Source of the DNA: a virus
Reading direction: 5' to 3' (one strand)
Length of the DNA stretch: 64,000 nt
Virus record (IMG/VR): IMGVR_UViG_3300045988_093513
Span: 4,841 to 68,840 of that record
Part shown: positions 56,887 to 64,000 of the stretch, piece by piece
How the letters are laid out: every line of letters starts with the position of its first letter
Position numbering within the stretch: position 1 is the first letter of the stretch
The notes under the pieces: model-generated
Databases searched by the model: none
What the model saw: the letters and a program-made list of their open reading frames with translations, nothing else
Told to the model about the DNA's origin: nothing
Made by a program: the position numbers and the translations under genes

Positions 56887-57723
56887 CTACCTATTATTCT
56901 GGTTGTATGCACGCAATGCATTAAATCCACGGATAAGTGGGTCGTGTTCATCGTGATATGCAGACGGGTTTGCATCCCTGTATGTCTGAGCATCAAGCTG
57001 ATAATAGTCAGCAGGGCTAGGCTGTGCATAAGCGTTATCCATAGCGTAGTAGTCTGCTACGGAATTACCTGGCATATCGAAGCCTTCAGAAGAACCAGTG
57101 GAACCAGAGTCATCTGGTACACCAAGCGCCATAGCATCCTGAGCAGCTGCCGGTCCATAGTTCTGCCGCATAGCAGCTTCATACTCCATCTGCTTACGAA
57201 GTTTTTCTCTTTCATACGCTTCATACTGAGCCTGTGTATGGTCGATACCACCATTGTTTACAAGGTATTCATGCATACCCCAGTTCATCGGTGTCTTATC
57301 ACGGTTAGCAATTTGTTCGTCTGTCCATCCTGCGTCTTTCATAAGCTGAATACCTCTATCGTTGATAGTATCGCCAGTATTAGCATATGTCAGCGGTGCA
57401 TTAGGTGTACCAGAAGGTAAATTACGTGTAGCAAATTCATAAGAACCGGCCTTAGGTGTCGGCTTCAGCTGACTACCGTTATCGATAGCTGCCTGCCCAC
57501 GGTTAGCGGACCGTACCCAAGCGTTACTATCATCACGGGTCGGTGCCATAAACCTATTACGAATACGTTCACGCTCTTTGTCATATTCAGACATGGGAGC
57601 GTTTTCCTGTGCAGTTGGCGTACTGCCATGAATCTGATTGTAAACATCTGTGAGAGCTTTAGCTGCTTCATATCTTTGAACATCCGCCTGTCGAGGGATA
57701 CTCCTCGTATACTTAATTGCCAT
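56887..57723 (-). CDS. Hypothetical head protein (between the portal and scaffold genes)
   Basis: 278 aa; start overlaps the portal stop. Confidence 0.55.
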   Translation of the reverse strand: MAIKYTRSIPRQADVQRYEAAKALTDVYNQIHGSTPTAQENAPMSEYDKERERIRNRFMAPTRDDSNAWVRSANRGQAAIDNGSQLKPTPKAGSYEFATRNLPSGTPNAPLTYANTGDTINDRGIQLMKDAGWTDEQIANRDKTPMNWGMHEYLVNNGGIDHTQAQYEAYEREKLRKQMEYEAAMRQNYGPAAAQDAMALGVPDDSGSTGSSEGFDMPGNSVADYYAMDNAYAQPSPADYYQLDAQTYRDANPSAYHDEHDPLIRGFNALRAYNQNNR

Positions 57724-60700
57724 TAATAACCTCCTACTCCATTAGTCGGTTCAGCAGGTGCGCCATTAGGAACCCTATTATCGGCTGGCTGCTGACCAAT
57801 TTGTTTGTCTGGAGAGAGGGCGTCACTACCTTGTCGCACAGTAGAAGTGACCGCTCCTCCTGCTCCTTGTGGTGCAGATACATTCTGCATAGGAACCGTA
57901 CTCTGACCAGTGTTGTTTGTATTTGTTGGTAACGTATGATTCAAGAATACTACCTGCACATAGGGGGGGAGTGAGTAGAGAACCTGAATCGGTAACGAGC
58001 CATACTGGAAGTAGTAAGCCACAACATCAGGGGGGAGAGTCTGAAGTGTTGCCTGAATGATTTGTGCTTCAAGCATAGTACGCTGTTGCGCAACAACAGG
58101 GTCAGTAATATAGTCACCTGTATTTTTAATACCCATATTTTCCATCCAACGTTTCGTGATGTTATAAATGTTATGTGGAGTTGCAACCGCAACACCAGTA
58201 GCGTTTACTTGCATGATAGCAGTCATGAGCGTCTGAAGCTGGGTATTCATAGCTTCTTTACTCTGGATGGAGAGACCAGCGTTTACAACCAGATCGAAAG
58301 AGCCAGACAAGTCATCTGGTTTGATTTCCATTGGTTCCCCTGTTAATCGAATAACAGTGTTTTGGTCAATAAACTTTTGGTTCAAAGATATAAGAAAACG
58401 ATATAGTTCATATACACCCGTTTCAGCAAACATACGAGCAATAAGTTCCAGTCGCTGATTAGATGCATTCATGATGGTATTGATACCGCTTGCTGTGTTA
58501 TGTGTTACGGTATAGTGTTTGCCTACGCAGAACTGACCATCTTCGGCATCAACAGTTAAACACCGCATTGGAATAATATCGGTCGGTTCGATTAATACTA
58601 TTTTAACCCTATCAACACTACGTTTAGACTGTACATACTTGTTTGCTTTTCGGCTTAATCTAAATGGATTATCGAGGCAACTAATAGTTAAATGCCAATA
58701 TGTACGACCTTCTTTAGCTAACTTGCCAGGGAATTGCTCTGACTTAGAATAATTCCAGCCAAAGGAACAAATCAAGCGTTCTACATCGTCCAATAACTGC
58801 CCGTTTGCTTGAGAGAAAATAGCCAACGAACCAGAATGGTGACAACCATCAGTGTCCATAAGTCCACGAAGAAGTTCCATACGCTGTCTATAAGAAGCAC
58901 TAAAGAAAATCTCCGGTATGTGTTTACAGTTATCTTTCATGTCGTCGTATCTTGCATCGCGGGCAATGTGTAGTTTTCTAAGGATGGTGTGCAAGTCTGT
59001 GCCAACTATGTCATACGTAATAGCCTTTCCTGCGTTTTGGTGTGAAGACGGTCTGATAAAACCACCTCTGAACTTTGCCCATTCGGACATGGCGTCCACT
59101 ATTTCTTTATCCATTGAGGTAAAGCGATTGGTGTGTAAGCAGCCGTCGCCCAAGAACACACCGAGGATATACGGGTCTATTGGTAATTCAATATCACCGT
59201 TGTTATCAGGACGGTATACCCTGTCAATAAACAATGGCTGTTTATACTTGTGCGCCAACTGGAACAAAGTGTCGGTATCAATGGTTTTACGTTTCCTATG
59301 AGGGCCAAACACTGTCCACAAATGTTCTCCGCCCGCTTTAAGGACTTCGCCGTTAGAGAACTTGATTTCATATGCTCGTTCTGGGTCATGAATAGTATGG
59401 GCTTTAATAACCATGGTCGGTTTACCATTCTGCCCAACAATCATATCACCGTCAACAATGTCTTTTAACAGCTTACTGGAACCGTTGGCCATCGGGACAG
59501 GCGTATTGATGTCTAGCATTTTATTCAAACTGGAAGCATCAAGACCTTGGTTATATCGCGTGACGCCTGTACGCTGTTCCTTCTGTCCCTCAGTCCATTC
59601 GAGAAAGTTGAACGTATAAGGAGCAATCTGGTTGACAGGCATAGACATTGCAACGTCATTCATCTGATACCCTGGCTTCTTACGAATGACGGCACGACCT
59701 TTGTTGAAGTCATCAACATTGATTGCGTCTGGTGCCAGAATCATCTTAGGGTCATTCGTCAGTGCTAGGTTGTGGATAATCTGACGAATCAGTGCCACCT
59801 TCAAATTCTGGATTTCACCAACGAGTTCGGCATAAGAACGCTTAGACCAAATACGGTGTGGGTCTTGTGTCGGGGAAATAGCGAAGAATGGATGTCTACC
59901 CATATAGTTTGGTTCGCAACGAAGGATATGGTCTTGGCACAGTGTGATAATCATATCCTCAAGGATACCATCACCATTAATATCAATTTTCGTATAACAC
60001 TCGTACAGAGTAACCTCTTCACGGGCTTCTTCTGCGGCAGAGTGGAAACCATAGTATTGATCGCCAAGCACCTCTTCCATTTCTGTATCAGCTTCATCGA
60101 GTCCGTATTTTGAGTGCCAATGCTCTGACTTTATCTCATCAACGTTAGCATATACGCCCTGTCGTTCCATCTTTCTGAGGTAAGACATAGTAACCCGTTT
60201 CTTATGAGCAACAAAGTTTGCTTCATCAAGAGTTTTTGCGTCTGGCGAATACAAGAAATCAGAAATAAGAATGTTCTCAATCTTTGGAGCATTCTTCAAA
60301 TAAAACGTGGAGTCGTAAATAACAGTATAATCGCCATACTTATCGGGGGCAGAGATAGATTCGACCTTTACACCAGTGTTAATCAGGGCTTGTAAGCTCT
60401 GAAAGTTGAGAACACACTGTACAGGTTCATAGCCCTCCTCTCTGTCCCAGTAACATTTAACAACACCAAGACCAGTAATGAGTGCATCTTTCATCCAATT
60501 ATACAGAATCGGGTAGAAATGGTTCTGTCTCTGTAACTGGAAAGAAATAAGGTCTTGCATAATCTCTGCGTTATGGTCATCCTGCGCATCTACACCAGAG
60601 ATACTGATTACACTCTCCCCGCCGGTAAATACCTTCATGAGCGATGGCAATGCCCATTCAATAGTATCTGTTACATCGGTAGATACTATAGATGATGTTT

Positions 60701-60770
60701 TACTAAGCTTTGGGAACATCTTTTTGTAATATTCTTTATCGGCAAAGTAAATCTGATATCGCTCTTTCAT
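57723..60770 (-). CDS. Portal protein carrying a ~328-aa LAGLIDADG intein
   Basis: Portal-like N- and C-terminal regions with an inserted intein (see the mobile_element entry). The annotated ATG lacks an SD, and a strong SD lies 114 nt upstream in frame. Confidence 0.75.
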   Translation of the reverse strand: MKERYQIYFADKEYYKKMFPKLSKTSSIVSTDVTDTIEWALPSLMKVFTGGESVISISGVDAQDDHNAEIMQDLISFQLQRQNHFYPILYNWMKDALITGLGVVKCYWDREEGYEPVQCVLNFQSLQALINTGVKVESISAPDKYGDYTVIYDSTFYLKNAPKIENILISDFLYSPDAKTLDEANFVAHKKRVTMSYLRKMERQGVYANVDEIKSEHWHSKYGLDEADTEMEEVLGDQYYGFHSAAEEAREEVTLYECYTKIDINGDGILEDMIITLCQDHILRCEPNYMGRHPFFAISPTQDPHRIWSKRSYAELVGEIQNLKVALIRQIIHNLALTNDPKMILAPDAINVDDFNKGRAVIRKKPGYQMNDVAMSMPVNQIAPYTFNFLEWTEGQKEQRTGVTRYNQGLDASSLNKMLDINTPVPMANGSSKLLKDIVDGDMIVGQNGKPTMVIKAHTIHDPERAYEIKFSNGEVLKAGGEHLWTVFGPHRKRKTIDTDTLFQLAHKYKQPLFIDRVYRPDNNGDIELPIDPYILGVFLGDGCLHTNRFTSMDKEIVDAMSEWAKFRGGFIRPSSHQNAGKAITYDIVGTDLHTILRKLHIARDARYDDMKDNCKHIPEIFFSASYRQRMELLRGLMDTDGCHHSGSLAIFSQANGQLLDDVERLICSFGWNYSKSEQFPGKLAKEGRTYWHLTISCLDNPFRLSRKANKYVQSKRSVDRVKIVLIEPTDIIPMRCLTVDAEDGQFCVGKHYTVTHNTASGINTIMNASNQRLELIARMFAETGVYELYRFLISLNQKFIDQNTVIRLTGEPMEIKPDDLSGSFDLVVNAGLSIQSKEAMNTQLQTLMTAIMQVNATGVAVATPHNIYNITKRWMENMGIKNTGDYITDPVVAQQRTMLEAQIIQATLQTLPPDVVAYYFQYGSLPIQVLYSLPPYVQVVFLNHTLPTNTNNTGQSTVPMQNVSAPQGAGGAVTSTVRQGSDALSPDKQIGQQPADNRVPNGAPAEPTNGVGGY
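58497..59480 (-). mobile_element. Intein with LAGLIDADG endonuclease domain in the portal protein
   Basis: N-terminal Ser, block B 'GEVLKAGGEHLW', LAGLIDADG motifs 'LGVFLGDGCL' and 'LLRGLMDTDGCH', and C-terminal 'TVTHN' followed by a Thr +1 residue. Confidence 0.65.
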
Positions 60771-60924
60771 GGTGGGAATGATAACAGCATTCTGGTAATC
60801 TTCTGCTTCTCTGATATCTGACTTAACGATGTCAATAATGCTATCGTTCAGGTCACTGATATCAGTAATCTTTTCATTATCTATTTATATTACCTCCTTT
60901 CATTGACTCCTAGATATATAAGAA

Positions 60925-62376
60925 TTACAAACCACCTGCAAGCTCGATATCATCACCTGCTACGTTTTCCCAAGCAGACACAGGAGCTGTCGCAATCTGG
61001 TCTACATACGCTAATGCATCTGGAATATCGTCATGTAAACCTTTAGGGAACGTAAGAAGTTCTTCCTGTAGTTTAGTAACCCAATCCATACCGACAGGGA
61101 ACCAAATAGAACCCTGTGAAAATCTTGGCTGCAGCGCCGTCTGGATACGAAGTTCCTTCTTTTCTTTCGCAGCAAGGTTTTCAATATAGAACCAGATGTT
61201 ACGTCTAGGCATTTCCTTCTCTACGAAGTGTTTCATCGCAGCCTGAAATGCAACCTGTTCGATACCAACTGACACGGGATGATACTTAGACACATAATCG
61301 AATAGGACATTGATGGATTCTGATGGGTCCATACGTTCAGCGGTGCAGTCGATAAGGAACCACTGGTTTGCAGAATTGACAGCGGTGACAAGAATAACCG
61401 TATCATCAGCAGTCTCTTTCTTACTTACAGCTAAGTCCATCGTGATGTATATATTACAATCATGCCAATCAAACTTAGACAAATCAAAGTAACGGAAGTA
61501 TTTCTTTTTGAAGATAGCCATCTCTGGAGATAATGCGATACACATTTTCTCTCGTTCCCAGATATCCAGCTTACCAAGTTTAGTGAAGTTATCACGCTCG
61601 TTAGCGATATCATTCACTGGAAACATCTCTGGCCAGTTACTTTCACCAGCTTCGTTAATGATAGGCACACGCATAAACGTAAAGTTTAGTTCATCGGGCT
61701 GTAATGCCACACGTTCAATGATACATTTAGCACCAAGGTTATTGCCAATCATAAAGATACGGCAGTCTTTACCAAGGGAGAAGATATCGGAAAGGAACCA
61801 GTCCCAGTCTTTATCCTGCACCGTGTCGGACATAGAGTCTTCCAGGTCCTGCGGGTCATCAATAACTACAATAGAAGGTCTAAGGTCATGCCAGTTCAGA
61901 CCACGGACAGAAGAACCTTTACCATATGCCTCCATATGAATGGTCATTGTCTGTCTTTCCCCGTCAACCTCTTCACCGGTGTAGACTTCAACTTCAAATA
62001 CGTCCTGGCTCTGCTGATTAACCTTACATAAGTTAAGGTTCAGTAATGAGTTATGCAGATATTCGTCTGCAATTTCTTTTAATCGTGCGTTAGCACCTCT
62101 CTGTGTACTTTTAATAAGCACTACATACTGTCTTTTCTTATTTGGGAATACCAAACAGTACAGTGGGAACGCTCTAAGTACGATAGAAGATTTAGCCGAC
62201 TGTCTAAACCCCTCTACAGCGTAGTTTGATTCACCATTTAACAGGATATCACTCCATTTATAGTGATACCAAGGAGATTTTACGTCATCATCCAGTGGTA
62301 GAAACAGCCTTCTGAATGCAACTAGGTTACTTTTTGCTGCTTCATACGCTTTTTGCAGCTCTTCCAGCTGATTCAT
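60925..62376 (-). CDS. terL: Terminase large subunit
   Basis: Walker A-like 'FRQSAKSS', Walker B 'IVVIDDPQD', and nuclease-domain motifs 'ITMDLA...' and 'GLHDDIPDALAY'. Confidence 0.85.
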   Translation of the reverse strand: MNQLEELQKAYEAAKSNLVAFRRLFLPLDDDVKSPWYHYKWSDILLNGESNYAVEGFRQSAKSSIVLRAFPLYCLVFPNKKRQYVVLIKSTQRGANARLKEIADEYLHNSLLNLNLCKVNQQSQDVFEVEVYTGEEVDGERQTMTIHMEAYGKGSSVRGLNWHDLRPSIVVIDDPQDLEDSMSDTVQDKDWDWFLSDIFSLGKDCRIFMIGNNLGAKCIIERVALQPDELNFTFMRVPIINEAGESNWPEMFPVNDIANERDNFTKLGKLDIWEREKMCIALSPEMAIFKKKYFRYFDLSKFDWHDCNIYITMDLAVSKKETADDTVILVTAVNSANQWFLIDCTAERMDPSESINVLFDYVSKYHPVSVGIEQVAFQAAMKHFVEKEMPRRNIWFYIENLAAKEKKELRIQTALQPRFSQGSIWFPVGMDWVTKLQEELLTFPKGLHDDIPDALAYVDQIATAPVSAWENVAGDDIELAGGL

Positions 62377-62383
62377 TGCAGTT

Positions 62384-62659
62384 TTACACCCCTTTCTTCA
62401 AACTTTCTAGGATAAAACGGGCGAATTGGTCCATACAACTGGTGTTTCTTTTCCCACATTTGTGTCCCAGAAACATAATTGCAACAGTTTTAGCGTCTTT
62501 TCCGTCTAAAATCTTGGCGATGGCAGATAAATTACCCTGACAACCGCCGGTAAAGGAAATATTTTTAAGCTTCCCGTTGATAATATCGAATGAAACTTCT
62601 TTACTACATACGTTATTTGGTTTATAAGTGTACATTTTACCCCTCATATTACCCCTCAT
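62384..62659 (-). CDS. Standalone TSCPD-domain protein (start at the first of three tandem SD-ATG units)
   Basis: 'FTGGCQGNLSAIAKIL...LGHKCGKRNTSCMDQFARFI' matches the TSCPD pattern GGC.G...Ai..l...C....SC.Dq.A. SD AGGAGGGG lies 7 nt before the ATG at 62659. Confidence 0.65.
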   Translation of the reverse strand: MRGNMRGKMYTYKPNNVCSKEVSFDIINGKLKNISFTGGCQGNLSAIAKILDGKDAKTVAIMFLGHKCGKRNTSCMDQFARFILESLKKGV

Positions 62660-63091
62660 ATTACCCCTCCTAAGTAATATAAGAATAGATAAAGATAGAG
62701 ACACAGAGATATATGGAGATTCCTTATTGAGAACGTATGTAAATACCGTTATATATTCTTCTTGAGACTTTCAACATATGTAAATACCGTTATATATCTT
62801 TCTTGAGACTTGCATCTACGCCGTCCCGTACGACTATGGACGCCCCAGACTGAAGCCCCACCCCCACAGTGGGGGGTAGGCAGGGTGTGTAGGCGTGGTG
62901 TCTGGAGGCGACTGTATGATAAATATTATATACGTTGACATTCTACACTTGAACATACATAGTGACTGGGGGATTATACCCTTTTTTACTGCCAAAAAAA
63001 TTACAGGTTAACAATCCGCACTTGAACGTACATAGTGATACAGGAAAGGAAATATCTTTCCCTTATTATGCCGATGTTTATCGGCGTGGTT

Positions 63092-63110
63092 TATCCCTAA
63101 AATAGGGATA
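63092..63110 (+). promoter_or_regulatory. Perfect inverted repeat tatcccta-aaa-tagggata (candidate operator) overlapping the -10/RBS region of the rightward gene
   Basis: Two 8-bp arms with a 3-bp spacer, located 18 nt upstream of the ATG at 63128. Confidence 0.45.
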
Positions 63111-63127
63111 GGAAGTGAGGTTTTATC

Positions 63128-63559
63128 ATGGAAAAAAATAGCAGCTTTACTGGGAATGTCGACCGCGCAATCGCCCTGTCAAATTGGGAAGAAATTGCAC
63201 ACTTGACAGCCGAACATCCGACTAAAGTAGTATCCCGCGACGGCGCGACGTTATTTACAGTTAAAGTCGGCGTCATTGTTGATACCAACTTCCCAACGAA
63301 GGCGGGAAACACGACTACCGCCGTCGTTCTTGTTCCGTTAGACGGTGCAAGGGATTTCCGCATTGACGGTGCGACACTGAAAATGAACGGCGTATCGCCG
63401 TTCATCTATCAAGGACGGGGAATGAGTCAAGTCTTTACTGTTTTGAATGACGCCGGAGACGTCGTAAAGCGTCACAATGGACGTAGATCCGCCGCAAGTG
63501 AAGTAGCGGATATGAAAAAACAGCTTGATATGATTATGGCACTGTTAGCCAAAAAGTAA
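63128..63559 (+). CDS. Hypothetical protein (isolated rightward gene)
   Basis: SD GGAAGTGAGG precedes the ATG. It has its own terminator. Confidence 0.6.
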   Translation: MEKNSSFTGNVDRAIALSNWEEIAHLTAEHPTKVVSRDGATLFTVKVGVIVDTNFPTKAGNTTTAVVLVPLDGARDFRIDGATLKMNGVSPFIYQGRGMSQVFTVLNDAGDVVKRHNGRRSAASEVADMKKQLDMIMALLAKK

Positions 63560-63571
63560 CACGTACGGAAA

Positions 63572-63600
63572 TTGGGGGGTTTAATAACCCCCCTTTTTTC
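63572..63600 (+). terminator. Rho-independent terminator
   Basis: gggggg-tttaataa-cccccc hairpin followed by T6. Confidence 0.75.
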
Positions 63601-64000
63601 GTGCCTGTCAACCAAACATTTTTTCTCCAAAACAGTTTTTCCATAGAACAGTTTTTCCAGAGAACATTTTTTTATTCTGTGCTCAGCCATTCTTCTACTT
63701 CATTTTCCCCTGACTACACGCGGGCGACGTGCCACGCGTAGGACCAACTATCAGGCTAGGGTTGTATTCAGGGAGTAGTAGACGTCTACACGGGGGGAGG
63801 ATAGTATAGTGATATTTGTGAGATGGAATAGGTTTTTTACACTAAAATTGCTATTTTTTTAGGTTTTTTGGATTCAGAATCAGCAGTTAGATAATCGTAG
63901 AGGAAAGTCACAACATAATAATAATATAATAAATAATTGAATATGGCTAACTAATTACTATTCACAACTTACTATTCATATACTACTCTCATATACTACT

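Noticed and set aside
62716-63045. Direct repeats in the divergent region as a CRISPR array
   Set aside because: There are only two copies of each repeat. Unit sizes and spacings are irregular, and there are no spacer-like unique segments of uniform length.
63128-63559. The isolated rightward 143-aa gene as a terminase small subunit or a repressor
   Set aside because: It has no recognisable HTH or TerS motifs. Its strand and position (its own promoter, operator-like inverted repeat and terminator) mark it as an independent unit. I left it as hypothetical.

Overview
This 64 kb window reads as a contiguous segment of a large tailed dsDNA phage genome. Almost all genes are on the minus strand and tightly packed, with two short plus-strand islands. 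Promoters are near-consensus TTGACA-N17-TGnTATAAT and ribosome-binding sites are AAAGGAGG-type, which points to a Firmicutes (Bacillus-like) host; that host call is an inference. Reading left to right on + coordinates:

- 1-3.6 kb: a 5'-partial gene with a C-terminal glutamine-synthetase-like (amidoligase) domain, then a SNF2 helicase.
- 3.6-18.3 kb: a replication and nucleotide-metabolism block. It holds a metallophosphoesterase, the class II ribonucleotide reductase NrdJ, a run of small ORFs, two nuclease candidates, a primase-helicase, a Rad52-like annealing protein and a DnaE-type Pol III alpha.
- 18.3-19.1 kb: an 0.8 kb ORF-free, GC-enriched locus. Two tandem consensus promoters sit upstream of it. 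It is a candidate structured ncRNA.
- 19.1-20 kb: a two-gene plus-strand island (a DUF3310-like protein and one hypothetical), closed by a bidirectional terminator.
- 20-32 kb: a 4034-aa giant ORF with an HExxH motif and a hydrophobic C-terminus, possibly a tape-measure or ejection protein.
- 32-45 kb: tail proteins, including one with a soluble lytic transglycosylase (SLT) domain. A lysis cassette (GH25 lysozyme plus holin candidates) is embedded here. Tail fibres follow.
- 45.3-49.4 kb: an unexpected four-gene metabolic island between two fibre genes. It encodes a radical-SAM/SPASM enzyme, a DAACS-like transporter, a Cys/Met-family PLP enzyme and a QueC-like PP-loop ATPase.
- 49.4-62.7 kb: the head module.
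  - The major capsid gene appears split by a group I intron that carries a LAGLIDADG homing endonuclease.
  - The scaffold gene appears split by an ORF-less structured intron.
  - A tRNA-Gln lies just upstream of the scaffold gene.
  - The portal gene carries a LAGLIDADG intein and has an ambiguous start.
  - The terminase large subunit and a standalone TSCPD protein close the module.
- 62.7-64 kb: a repeat-rich divergent control and terminal region.

None of this could be checked against databases; all family assignments come from motifs read in the translations.
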